Of a stretch of DNA of 64,000 nt, positions 14,735-28,700 are shown one piece after another (positions within the stretch are counted from its first letter, which is position 1; each line of letters begins with the position of its first letter). Made by a program: the position numbers and the translations under genes. The DNA lies in NCBI RefSeq assembly GCF_000497125.1, contig NC_090597.1, positions 1,065,797-1,129,796 of the forward strand. Direction: 5' to 3'. Under the pieces are notes generated by a model. It searched no databases, was not told where the DNA came from, and saw only the letters and a list, made by a program, of their open reading frames with translations. The stretch comes from Spironucleus salmonicida (Eukaryota).

Positions 14735-17700
14735 AAGTGAGGGTTCATTGGTTCTACTGCTTGAGGTCGCTGCATGGGGAAACGGGTGGGCTAAATAACT
14801 GCTTATTTATATTAACTGTTTCATATATATCATATTCTAGAAATCTCAACGGATTCCTTAAGCTTGAAATTAGCTATTCCAAATGAGTAAGGTTTTAAGA
14901 ATAGGTCGAACCTCTGTAAGGCATCTCAGTGTTCAGATAATTTTTAAATATTCTGGCTACATGATATTTTACAGGAATTACTTTGCTTCAGCGCTTCAAT
15001 TGCTAAATATTGGATGCAGTATTTGAGGTCAATTGTGATCGTTGTTTATAATTATGAATATACTTGGTCGAGTGTGTGAAGAATTTATATGTACTAGCCT
15101 TTTGGCGGCCTAAGATGGCGCATATTTCCATTATAGACGTCGCGAAAGTTTGTTCGTTTCCGTTTCAAGCTCATTTACAATTTTAACTCAAATTGCAGAT
15201 CAAGTGATAAAAGACAGTCTGGTCCGGCAAACCGGTAGGAATTACAATATAGATACCCAAAATAGGTTAACGTACGGTTTATGTTGTTTTGAAAGATGGA
15301 ATTACTGTGCTGAAATTCTAGCTTCATGTATTACTCTATGAGTAATAACAGAGCGGTATGGCACTTTTATGCTGGACCAGTAGCGCATATGCAAATTTAA
15401 AAAATTGAGGATAGGGTTACTGAATGTGAAGCTTACTATATATTGGTGCCTGCAATTTCCATTAAAAGCAGTAGTGACTTAACACAATAGTTTATTTGGT
15501 TCATTAAAATGGTAGTAAATGCACCAGACTAGCATATGGCGGGATTTATGGTACATTAATAATGAAACAAAATAGCTGCAGTTTTCGCTATTACTCGTGA
15601 TCTTCGTACCTAACAATATCAAGTTATCGATCTTCTTTATATTTATTGGTTGAGGATGGTCATCACTTCTAGGTTAAATTTAATAATCAATATTATGATT
15701 AGGTAATATTACTTTGACCGATAAATATAGCTGGATATGCATCGTAATCCTTATATTATTATCATACGAACTATTTACCAACAGGTAGTTGCTTGCTAAT
15801 AGAACAGAAAAATTATTTCTAGTGTCAGTAACTTGTTTTCGTATGCTAGTGTTGTGATAGTGTATGGAGTTAAGATAATGACTAAACACGGTACTTATTA
15901 TTATAAGATTACAATTCCTAGCATTTTTACTTTCTAGAGTCTCTCTACACTCTGGAGGTAAAACCGATATACAAGACGTACAATCTGAATTCCCTAACTA
16001 TATTTGATACTTAGTGCAACTGAAAAGATCATTTTGCGATCGTTAACTACTCATGGTATAACTAAAGTAAACACGGAGTTTCACAGCGGTCTGATTGCTG
16101 TTAGGGTACTTATAACTGCAGTAGTAAATAATAATACAAGTCTCAGATGATTATATTCATTTAACTAAATTCCCATCATATGGGAAGAAGAATGGAGTTG
16201 GAAAACCTCGTAAAGTAACAGGATATTACAGCAATAATCTGCAAAGTGCGAAACCCATCATTATTACTAAATCAAATAGCCGCATACTGCGTGCAGAAAA
16301 TAGTACAATATACAGCATCAAGCTTGAGCAGCTGGTAGCTCATGAGACTTGTGATATGGCCCATGTGCAACCAAAGATTTACTTGATGGTTCTTAATAAA
16401 ATTATAGATCGCACTCATTTAAAATGCTGAATGCAAACACATTAAATGCCGTAATAATTTATATCAAGATATCCAGTGATATTTTACTTATTTATAGTAT
16501 AGTGCATCAACTTCGAATAATAAGATATTCTCATGCTGCAAAAATAGTTCTGAAGGGTCCTTAGGGTCTCTAGGGTATTCCACAACTTTCTTGGTTCCAA
16601 CAATAGCCATCATTACCACAAGATGGTTGAATGCGAATATTTCCATCACAAGTTATTACCTTGTGGGCGCATCTAGCTCACAAAAAATCACTACCAACCC
16701 GGCCAAGCCTAAAACGCTAGAAAACATTCCAAGAAAAACTTCCCAGTTCACCGTATGCCCACAAAAACACTCCACACAAAACCCCACTCCAACACTGATA
16801 ACAAAAAACACACAACTGCTCATCTCTCGGTCCCCATTTTCACGGAACGCCCTTCACGGCTATTTACCTGCCCGTTAAATATACTTACCCCATCTACACC
16901 TAAAAACACATCCAGCGATGCCTTATCGATGCCACCCGCTCCATATACCATAAATTCTGCACAAATTCCTATCCATACATCGCGCAAGCTGCATTTTCAG
17001 CATCATGCCCAATTTCTTACCCCGTTCCACGACCTTGATTAATTTATCCGCGCAACTTGAAGCGAACTCACTGAAACGTATTCAGACAAACAGCAGCTGA
17101 AAATGACACAATTAGAGCCGAATTTTAGTGTGCGGAAACCCGAATTCTTATAATCCTGCGACCACCGCCTCATCGCGAAATTCCAGTCCTTTCCAGCAAA
17201 TCGCAATTTCGCGTCCGTAAAATTTGGCGGTGCCAGTTCACGCAGGGTTTTGGTGGGGGGAGAAATTCAGAGAAATTCGATATATGCTAATCAGGTTATT
17301 AGCGATTTTGCGTATTTTTAGTGCGAAAATGACGAAAAATGGTTCAGTTTAGTGGAAAGAGATGTGAGGGCTTAGAAAGGCGCTGTGTTGATTTTTGGGA
17401 AGTTTCTAGGCGTGTGCAGGCTAAAATGAGCGTTTTTGCTCGAGTTTCCGCGGAAAAGGTGCGGCAGGCGTATAATAATGAGATTTACCGTTAAAAAAAT
17501 TGATGTAAAGTAAAACCGTAGTAGATGAAATGTTGGTAATGGGGGATGGAGATGGGTAAATTGTGTCATTTTTAGGTGTATTGAGTAATAGCGTTTCTGT
17601 GTTTAAAGTAATGGAAGTAAGAACTCATTATATTGCATAAATTAATCTTTTAGCCATTTTAGAAGCGTGTAAAAGTTAATAAATGATAAAAATAGAATAA

Positions 17701-19431
17701 AAAAGCTGTAATAAAGAATAAAATAATTTTCTGTTACAAATGCAAAAAATATAATTTATGTGTGTATACTGAATGTTTTGCTTGTATTTCTTAGCTTAAA
17801 ATATAAAGATAGTAATTATTATGAGTATAATGTATGATTTAGTAAATTAGGGACGGGTGACTAAAATTTCGACAATATATTATTTAGACCGCAAAGATTT
17901 TATTTTGTTAAATAGAAAAATGATTATATAAGCTTAATATAGTTAATTTAGGTATTATATTAGAAAATAATATCAAAACTATATTCAATAAATTTATTCT
18001 GCTAAGAAGATGTTTAAAATTGTTAATGCTAGAATAATCTAGGAACCTTGTTTATTTATCAGAAATTCAAGTGTACATATAATTAATAAATGTTAAGCTG
18101 CTAATAGTCAGCTAATTTAGAGTTATACTATGATAATAAGAAAATATACCTAAAGCTAGTAAGTTTTTTGTCAATAATTAATTTGTGGTAAATTTATATT
18201 AATCCTGCATAAAGTGGACTAAAGTATTCGATTTTTGATAAAAACTATTTTAATCGGTTAGTACATCTATAATATATTGTATTATCAGTATAATATGAAG
18301 GTTTGTATAAATAATAAGATTATTTATACATTATAATATAGTAAAATTAATGATGTTAGATGTTTTCCAATTTGACTTCATGTTGACTTTTATATTTGAG
18401 TTAATGAAAATTAATTAAATATAGTATCAGCACTATTATACAGAATAAATTTACGAATTTTTTCACAAATATATAAAAATCGATTTTAAAATATTAATCT
18501 TTATTTCTATATTATATAACAATATAAATATAAAGTCAAATAATATTACTTATATAATGTGTTATTATCTTTCATTCTATTATAAAACGATATTATTATG
18601 TTATTATTCCAGTTAATAAATTCTTTGATATTTGTAGAGATTGCACAATTCACTAATTTCTTCAATTAATCTTTTAAAAAATTATAAAAAGTTTATTTTA
18701 TTTATATTGTAATTCGTTTTTCTTTTTAGTGTGATTGTATTGTATATCATTTATTTCATTGTTATAGTATTAATTAGATTTAACATAGTAAAAAAGTTAT
18801 GCTAATAATAAAAATGTTATGATACATACTAGTATTATAAATAATATAATATTAGATAAACAAATTTAAAAGAATATATCGATATTAATTGGTAGATATT
18901 TAGCGCTGAACATCTTAGTCTTGTTTTTTCATCATAAAATTATTTGAAAAAATATATTATTAATTCATATAATTAAAAATTATATATTTGTTTCTAAAAG
19001 ATTTTTTAAAATTATTTACTTTAAAAATCTTAAAATTTTAGTAATACTAACACATTAAAACTATAAATAAGAATAGTACTAATGAACAAGTAGCTTAACT
19101 ATTACTAATTAATTTATATTTATCTCCTAATTATAAAAAATCGATTGTAATTAATTCCTGAGTAATCTTTCTGTATCTATCTATATTTACTAGCTTTGTA
19201 ATTGTTATTTTTTAAGATTTACTTTTATGTGAAAAACAAATAAAAATATTATTTTTAATCGATTGTCATTATTAGGCTGCTTCAATATCTTCTATATTTA
19301 TATCCTTTGTTAGCTTAATATTTAATAGTAATTGATAACATATTTTAATGGATAATATACAGTAATTAATAGTAATAAAACGATTCTTTTCCTAAATTTC
19401 CACTATAAAACATTGTAAAATAAATTAAACT

Positions 19432-19680
19432 TCAATCACCGCACTCAAAATCCTCAGAACCATCTGTAAATGCATAAGTAACATCATTAGGCGTCCAAAC
19501 TTATTCTATTGTAGAGTCGCTTCCTATGTCTAAATCAAATAATTAAAGCTACTAGCAAGAAATCACAGGAATAAGAATTCCTCCAAAACTATCCTATATA
19601 AAGTTAAAATCAGTCATTTAACTAGATTTAATTAGCTACAATGATCGACTGTTCACCATCTGTTGTTTCAAGCGCTTCAT
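19432..19680 (-). CDS. Small hypothetical protein (82 aa)
   Basis: Code-6 ORF MKRLKQQMVNSRS...EDFECGD*, divergent from the Nup98-like gene. No homology recognised. Confidence 0.3.
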
Positions 19681-19877
19681 TTTTCAAACGGAAAAGAGTA
19701 CAATCAATAAAATTCTGTATATAGGATTTTCTATTGTGTTTAATTTTCAAATGTCAACTGTTTATTCTATATGAATTTATGTATAATTTTAGTTCGCTCC
19801 ATTTTAAACTATAAATATACTATTATATCATTTAATTGAATTAATATAATTTTCACTCCAATCACTTCAAAAATTGA

Positions 19878-20525
19878 ATGGCGTTCAACTTTTCAGCACA
19901 GCCAACCTCCGCATTTGCCCCACAACCCACTGCAAGAGGTAACACCATCCAGCTTAATACCGGAAATTCTACACTGGCGGCCTAACCTATTTCTCGCTCA
20001 ATTCCCACATTCGGCGTGAAACCCTCAATGTCAAGTTTCGCTACCTAGAAAATAGACGCGCAGTTGGAGCCAAAATCATTATTTGATAACCTGCTGGTCC
20101 GCCTGGCGCCTTACAAACAACCTGCAAAAGAGCTCCTTAGAGAGCTCCAAATTCACGACTCGTTCGCGGAGCCGCAGCTACCTTCGCGTTTTAGCTCGTC
20201 GTTCCAGACGTAGCCAGCCCTGCACGCCATCCAGAAGTCTGATAAAGTGATGTTAAAGCTCAGCTCAGAGCATGGATCCGTGGAATTCATTGATCCCTTG
20301 ACCGTTAAGGAGCTTCCCGACGATCTTGATACAATCATCATGATACAACCCGGTCAGGTGACCGTGAACGTCCCTAATGCCTGCATCTGCACTCTCAGCA
20401 ACATCGCCGCGGAGGGTAGCAATACTACCGAACGGGCATCCTACATGGCACAGCTTTCAATATAAAACGGTGTTGAATTCGTCTAGTATTTTGATGAGAG
20501 CGGGTTGTGGGTGTTCAGGAAGTGA
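19878..20525 (+). CDS. Nup98/Nup145N-like nucleoporin with a C-terminal peptidase-S59-like domain (215 aa)
   Basis: Low-complexity N-terminus with Phe motifs (MAFNFSAQP...PTFG). C-terminal HGSVEFIDPL...DLDTIIMIQPGQVTV...CTLSNI...GVEFVQYFDESGLWVF matches the Nup98 autoproteolysis-domain pattern. Confidence 0.7.
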
Positions 20526-21349
20526 TATTATGTAATATGTGTTTAAAATTCCAGTGGAACAGAATAATATAACTTATTATTATATATAAATTTATATATG
20601 TAAACACTGATATGGATAATATTTAAACATTTTTACAAGTATTCTTGTATGTGAACTTTAAATTAACGATTGATAACCATTTATAGTTTATTAAACGTCC
20701 CTTAGTCTAGTTGTAGAGACAAAATAGCCTGTTTTTAATGGTACATTTTTAACAGATTATGCATTTAAAATATGGCTTAATTCAACCTTTTATCACTGTA
20801 ATCACTAAAGGCGGCAAATGATTAGTTGTTACCTGTTATTTTGTTTGAATTAAAAATATATGTTTTAGTCTACATTTTTCGTTGATAGTTCGCACAATAT
20901 ACTAATAATTATTATAAAATAATTACTTTTGCATGTAAAGTATTCCCGATCGAAAATCTTTATTATTAAATAATACTTTACGATTTATACCAATTAACAT
21001 TAAAATTATTTATGTTATCTAATAAATTAAAAACATATATTTTTCGATAAACTTATTCTTCCTACAATAATTTATGATAATAAATTTTTTCTTCTCTAAT
21101 TTTACTTAACTGATACCAATATATTAACATATATTATAGATTATTTTAGCAAGAAAAATCGACAGCTATTAACTTTTACAATATTTTATAAATCATATTT
21201 TCCCACATTACAAAATCTTTATACAAATCTATTAATATATACTCTGAATCCATATAATTATATCTTTATATTTTTACTGTAAAAGGAAGTAATTACTTCG
21301 CTATATTCTTCAATATTCATTATTATCAGTTTACTCTACTTCTGTAAAA

Positions 21350-23128
21350 ATGTCGAGCTCGTGTACTGCTGAAGATTTAACAACCTGTGACGAAAAATTC
21401 TTCTGTCTTATCGCCGGTGAAGAAGCAGATAAGACCTATACTTGTACCGCCTGTGCTTCCCCATGCGAAAATTGCGAAACTGCTGCTACCACCTGCACAA
21501 GCTGCATCAATGGTTTCAAGGAACCAGTTAATAACGTATGCACAGAGTGCAAAGATGCATTTTTCCCTTCAGGTGAAACTCCTCCTACCACGTGCACCGC
21601 CTGCGACGCGAAATGCGCAACCTGCACAGGAGTTGAGGCCACCTCCTGTTAAACCTGCACAAACGGTAATTCGTTAACTGGAACTACCTGTTCCGCCTGT
21701 GTTTCAGGAGAAACCATGAAGTGCACCTGTGGCTCCGCTACTAACTGCTCGACTTGCGATTCCACTGATATGACAAAATGCGCCGTCTGCGCGAATGGCA
21801 ATTTCATTTCTGAGAATGTCTGCACAGAGTGCGTAGCTGATCAGCCCACCTCTTGCGCGTGCGGTACCGCAGTTAACTGCGCAACCTGCGCCGATAACAT
21901 GAAATCTTGCGCTAGCTGCAACGGTAACTATGACTTTTCTGCAGATACTCCTTGCTCGAAATGCAAGGCCAAGTTCTTCGAGAGCGAAACCGAAGGAACT
22001 AAAACCTGCGAAGCCTGCGACGCGAATTGCGAAAATTGTGAGATTTCTGCGACGGCCTGCACGAGCTGTCCCGTTGGTTCTGGGCTCAAAGAGAAAATAT
22101 GCAAAAAGTGCTCTGCGAACTGCGTGGAATGTGGTGCGGACTCTGATGTCTGCACATAGTGCGATGATAGCTCAGCTCTAAGCGAAGGTGCGTGCATCAA
22201 AAACTGCACCAATGACACTGACTGCATCGCCAACCAAATCTGCGACACCACCTGCTAGGACTGCACCAGCAACTGCGCAACGTGCGAGGGGGCCGTCACA
22301 ACCTGCAAAACCTGCCTCCCTGAATTCGGAATCAAAGACTTGACCACGTGCGTAGCTTGCACTGAAAACTGCGCAGCTTGCGCAATGGACTCAACGGTAT
22401 GCACAGAATGCAAAAATGGCAATATCTTGAATACAAATGTTTGTACTGCCTGCACGGAAAACATGGAAACCCAGTGCAAATGCGGCGAGCTGATCAACTG
22501 CGCCACGTGCGATTCTGCCGATGCCAGCAAATGTAAGTCGTGCATTGCCAGTTACAAGGCTGGTACTGACGGTGCCTGCAATCTTTGCGCCGACGGCTAC
22601 TTCATGGATGGTGAAAAATGCGGTAAATGCGGCGAAAAATGCTCCAAATGTGAGAAAGACGCCAACACGTGTACTGTATGTGCGGAAGCTTATGTAATGA
22701 GCATAAATCAGACCTGTGAAGCAAAATGCGGCTCCCTAAATGAGAACTAAGCCTGTGTTGATGGAAAGGCGGTTGATTGCGGTGCTGAAGGCCAAATTAC
22801 TGGTTGCAAGTGCGGTGCCGCGATAAACTGCTTTGAGTGCGATAAGTCAACGCCATAAGCTTGTGGCAGCTGCCTTGTTGCGTACAATTTTGAGAATTCT
22901 GTTTGCAGTTCGTGCAAAGACCTAGTTAGTACGCCTATAGGCGAATTTTGTATACTTTTATAACCTGAAGCCGAAAAATCTAGCAACAAAATCTCTGGAG
23001 GTGCCATTGCAGGTATAGTCATCGCAGTTATTGTGGTAGTCGCTGCTATCGGTGGCGGTGTCTTCTGGTACATGAAAAAGTCCAAAGCTTCGTCTACCTC
23101 GAGCAGATCCGATGCTGCTATGCAATGA
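21350..23128 (+). CDS. Cysteine-rich membrane protein (CRMP), 592 aa
   Basis: Intact code-6 ORF with CXXC repeats, [29 protein letters not shown] and tail MKKSKA. Confidence 0.9.
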
Positions 23129-23630
23129 TACAATTTAAAAATTCACTATTACTCACCCTTGAGTTCAGAGGTTGATCTTAAATTTGCGCAGTTTCAACGG
23201 ATTAACGGTATTCTAGACCAGCTGAGTATTGCAGAACTGAACATAATTCCTAGTATGCTGTATCAAATTAAAGTGCAGATGGAAGTAAAAATTTTAGGAG
23301 GTGCAATATATCGAATGACAGATTAGTTATATTTTGCTCTTTTATTGATGGTTGATATTGATCAATTCATGGACAAAATAGTAAATTTAGTGATGGAACT
23401 GAGTTACTTGGTATTATATAAATTGCACAGCGGCAGTTAAGGCTGAAACTGCTTCGCTAACCGTAGGTCAATTTTAATAAATGATACGCTGCTACTAAAT
23501 TATGAGCAAATATTCCATATAAATAAGAATAGATTTTTCTAAAATAACTACTATCCAATTTGATTAATAATTAAAGATTAAAATTTTAACTATAAAGCAA
23601 CAGTTAAGTTTAATATGTATTAAATCCATT

Positions 23631-23634
<4 letters not shown>

Positions 23635-23674
<40 letters not shown>
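23635..23674. repeat. (AT)n microsatellite
   Basis: About 20 AT units. The paralogous site near 39680 is much shorter. Confidence 0.9.
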
Positions 23675-23678
<4 letters not shown>

Positions 23679-23804
23679 TGTAAACTTACTGAATGTCAAA
23701 ATACACAGTACAAATTATTAAAGCCTCTAAGGTATTTTACCATTACTATTTTGAGTAAGCTATATTTTAGAAGTCGAAACCAAATTTAAACAAGAATTTG
23801 CATA

Positions 23805-25668
23805 AGTAGTAAGTGACCCGTAGATAAAGTATGATTTCGTCATCTCCAATTTTACAAAAGGGAAGTCATGATTATGGTAGCAGCGCGTACATTAAAAGGA
23901 TTTGAATGTTTTGAAACTGAAGTTGACAAGAGGCACACTTTTACTCTGTAGTATTTACTACTAGTATTATCTTATAAAATGTGGAACTGTTCGATTAACT
24001 ACTTCAATTATGGTTACGCTCTCATTTTACCATTTATAATATAATAATTAATTGATCCTCGTCTATGTATTTATAAACCGGTTATAATAATTGTGTTGTT
24101 TATTTTTAATGAGTCTGCAGTATCTTAGTAATATTAATATTATACTTTATCTAGTACTTATATTAAACCATACTCTTGTTTAATTTACTTCCTATGTGTA
24201 ACTATTGTTGAATTCCTTTCCTATTCTTAAACATGCTTAAGATCTGCTTTCTCAGTAACTATTACAATATATTTAACTTTATACTTCCCACCAGGACTTA
24301 AAAAATGAATTACAAATCGATGCAAGATCTTTTCTAAAATAATATGATGTATTACCCCTTCTTTCTTATATAACGTTATCTCTTGTTAAGCATTTGCTGT
24401 CTTCTAATACTTTAGCAATGTAAGGATCTTATTTATAAATAATACCTTTCTTATCGAATCCTACTGATACTTAATATTACACATCAGAATTATTAAGATG
24501 TTTTACTATTACATGTGTAACCCATAATTTGCTGAGCATTTCTTTTGTGTATAAAATTATTTAGTGTTCCTCCTCCTAGCGTTAGAATATATTAACTAAA
24601 TTTTATACTCTACGCTCATGCAATACTTACTCCTATTATTTTTACTTTTTAAGAACGTCTAATTCCTCCAAAGTATTTATAATAATTCGCCATCTCCTTT
24701 CGAATAGCTTCATAATTGTTTTCCTCTAGGTATTTTTATTATTATTCTATACTGTCTTTATTAGGACTAAACTCTTTGCCATATTCAAGTAAGAAGTCCA
24801 TAATAGTTGTTATAAAAGGCTGTCTTGTGGGTAACCTGTCAAGATTAAGTTAATTAGAAGTTTTACAACTTTTGAACAGTGTAATACAAACTTCTCATTA
24901 TTTAAATTAACGCCATGATCGTTCGCTTAAATTCTAGCTAGTAATGTTTCGCTAACTGTGCCACTTTATTAAAAGATGGTCGTCAAATCATAATCTTTTA
25001 TAAAATTAACAATGTAGCATTCCCGGATAGAAAAGCTAATAGTACTAGAAACCGTCTAATAAAGTTAAGTTTACTCTTATAAATTAATATAAATTATAGC
25101 TGATTTATAAAAGCAGTTACTAAGTATTCTTTCTAAGCGATTCTATGTTTCCTATTAGTTTAATGGATGGTAGGTTAAACCTGTTTCTGCTTGTACTTTC
25201 TTAGTAGTTATTTTGAATTTAGGAATTATTTTACCTTACACTCTTCCGGTTTGTGCATTAACTGAATGACAGATTGCAAAACAGTTCTACGTTTAATATA
25301 ACACTTATTATTCTATACTCTTCGTGCAATTCTTCATATATATTTTTAATGAACATCTACAGAAATGAGTTTATAAATATAATTCTTCATAAATCAAATT
25401 AAATAGCTTGTTAAGTATCTAATATTATTAGTAGTATGCAATACGTACTAAAAGCAAAGACTTGTTAAAGTCATTTTCAAAATATACAATCCTTTTAGAG
25501 CCGTGTTGCTCCCGTAAAAGGCTTGAATGTTTTAAAAATAACTTTCCCAAGATTTATACCTTTAGTAAGTATTATATAATACTGCCAGTTCTATCCCATA
25601 GAATCAAAAGTAGAATTGGTCTCTCTTAAGTTTTGAAAAATAGTGATCAACTCTTAAACTTAAAAAAA
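23805..25668 (+). repeat. Left terminal inverted repeat of element A
   Basis: Reverse complement of 32973-34836, same length, with a few clustered mismatches. Starts AGTAGTAAGTGACCCGTAGAT. Confidence 0.95.
24252..25646 (-). CDS. TIR-encoded reading frame, possible divergent DDE integrase (left copy)
   Basis: Mirror copy of the TGA-free frame at 32995-34389. Coordinates were derived from the TIR mapping. Confidence 0.4.
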
Positions 25669-25792
25669 CATTACTCTCAGATTCGAATTGATCAGCCTAT
25701 GGTTTAAAATAGAATTCATTTTAATCAGATAAGACCAAAAAAGTAAAAGCATAAATTTGCTATTTTAAAAACATTTTTTTTAGTCTAATAAA

Positions 25793-28700
25793 ATGGAACA
25801 CAACCACACAGCACTTGTATAATCAAACATTAAGGGTATTCTACAAAAGCTGCAGTAAGTTACATAACAATACGTCAAGAGGGAGTTATCTCTTTAAGAG
25901 TACTACCAAAAATAATAGTAATACAAGTTATATATTCATCATATTAAATTATTGAAAAATAAACTAGTTCAAATATCAAAGGATAATTTAAATGATTCTT
26001 AAACTAAACTATTAAAACAAGAAATTAATAAGATAAGGAAGATCTGATCGTAATAACAATCAGATAAAATTGATATAGATTAATACAAGAAATATTAAAA
26101 AGATTACAAGCATATATCTATTTTAAAAGATTAAATAAAGTAGAACAATAATTAAATATCACTCATACTAGAAAAATAAATTTCATCTGTATATAAAAAC
26201 AAATAGATTAAATTATTAAGAACTAAAACAGAAAAGTATAATGAAATGATCAATAATCTAAACGATAGGGTTTAAGGAGTTGTCTCATAGAAAATAATTA
26301 GATAGTTGAATGACATAATTACTAAAATTAATTAGACTCAAATGCTTTGGTCAATGAATAAGTAATTGACTATGATTAATTTAATGTAGAAGATGTTACC
26401 TTTGCTGAAAGAATTAATGGAGAGTTCAACTTACTATAGATGATGCTTCCTCGTATTGAATCGATAGAATAATTTTTAAAGGAATTCGATAGGAATACTA
26501 CATTCTAAATTTATACAGAACAACCTTTGATAGGTTAGTAGATAAATATGAGCGGATATGTGAACTCATTTATTTTTACAAAAATATAATTTATTGGTCA
26601 ACATGGTAAGCTTATACCGTTTAGGTTACTATTTTAAAATTAAGAGACTAATATTTTAAAAGAAATCTTTACTGAAATAATAAGAAGCAGTATAAAGTAT
26701 TTCGGTGTGTAAATAAATGAGAATGAGTTAGTATCATTTTCAAATATTGGAATTAAAAAGTTTAAGGACTTGACATCGATAAAATAGTTAATTAACTGTT
26801 TGAAACACTTGATACATTCTATAAGATGTTTAATGAATGGGATCCGACTTATGACTACGGATTTTAAATAGGCTTACTTCGCAAAATTTCAGGAAATGCA
26901 TATGAAGAAGATAAATAAATAAAATATCTTTATAAAGGATCAATATTCTTTGTTAGAAATAATGATGAAAAATATTTATATGCAGCAATAATTTCAGCAT
27001 TCATTAAAAAAAACAACTTATTGTTAATGGTAAATATACTTTAAAAATTAATAATTAAATATACATGATTCCTAAAAATGCATTCAGTCATGGAACATAA
27101 CTGAGAAACGATTCAATAAATAATAAAAGTTAAAACTTATATTTATTTACTTAGTTATTATTTGGATTTATAAGCATTGTTGGAGATGATTTATCAGGGG
27201 AGGAAATAGTTTAAAGAGCAGAAAGCGTATTCGAATTAAATATACTAAGATTAACATTAGCAAATTAAAATGATATCTTACCATCTCGTACAGAAGATTT
27301 ATTACTTGTTCAAAACAAAACAGCGAATTACAAAGGGCATTACAATGTAATTATGGAATATAAATAATACGTAAATACTATCAAACCACTCTACAAAGAT
27401 TATAATTATTTTTATGAACATAGACTGTTTACATACCGTAAAAACAAATGTAAAAACTGTGTTCTAGTAGGAGCAGTTGTTCAAGAATATTATTGTTAGC
27501 TCTGTTGTTACAAACATGAATTGGATTAAAATAATATGAATCATTAATGCGAGAATTGCAATATTAAATTAAACCATGAACCTAATACTAAATGCTTAAA
27601 AAGATATAATGATATTTATTAATTATTTACGCCTTTTGTTAATTGTGGTAGAGTTCATAGTAGATCAAATAGATGTTATGCAAAATTATAACATGATGAG
27701 CTATACTTTAAAAAGGGGTTGCTTAAGAAAGATTAAAAGTCATACGTAGTTTGGGATATTGAAAGCTACTTTGAAAACGTTCCAGAAGAATTAATAGATA
27801 AAGCTTCAATGCAACACATACCGTTTTTAGTATCTTGGTATATAATGAAATATGATAGAGCGAAGAATTAATATACTTAACAAGACTTCTTTTATAAAAA
27901 CAACCTTACATTTATACAAGATGGTAACTTTACTCTATCAAATGATTAATTCCTAATTAAAATTATTGATCATATCAAAATTGTAGCAATGAAATATAAA
28001 GTATACGATTTCTACTGTCACAATGCAGCTGCGTACGATAACTATTTATTACTATCTGAATTATCAAAGTACGGAGTTGAAAACTATAAAACTGATAGTA
28101 TAATTAATAATATCAAACTACTTCAACTAAAATTGATAATATATATTTTAAAGATTCATTTAGAATCATTCCTATGCCACTGTCTAAATTAAATAAAGAC
28201 TTAGATTTGAGACTTGTTGTAGGAAAATAACCTCAGTCATATACATATCTAATTAAAAATATGTCTGATTCATTTATTAATAGAGGAAGTATACTAATGG
28301 CTATAAAGCAACTTGTAGATTCAAACACCCTTTAGTTAAAACATTTCAATAACTTATCAAAAGATGAGTTTAATTAATATGTAATTGATTATGGTCATAT
28401 TGACTATATTACTTAATACATAAACTACTGCATTCAATACTGTTTCGTTTTAGCTGTAGCAATAAGGAAGTAAATTGAAATCTCACTTCAGGAATAAAAA
28501 GTCAACATCATTAATTATTTAACAGCACCAGCAATGGCCATAAACTTATATACTCATAATTGTGTTTCATAATTGTAAAATGGATTCTAAGATTTAAAAC
28601 ATAATAAATCTAAATGTAAATACAAGCTGTCTCAATTAATTTAATAAGATATTTAATCAACAAATAAATTATTAGATACTGGTTTTAATTAAATATCAAA

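Noticed and set aside
14800-17600. Possible genes in an intermediate-GC stretch
   Set aside because: The frames I read were interrupted by TGA or lacked recognisable motifs, so no call is supportable.
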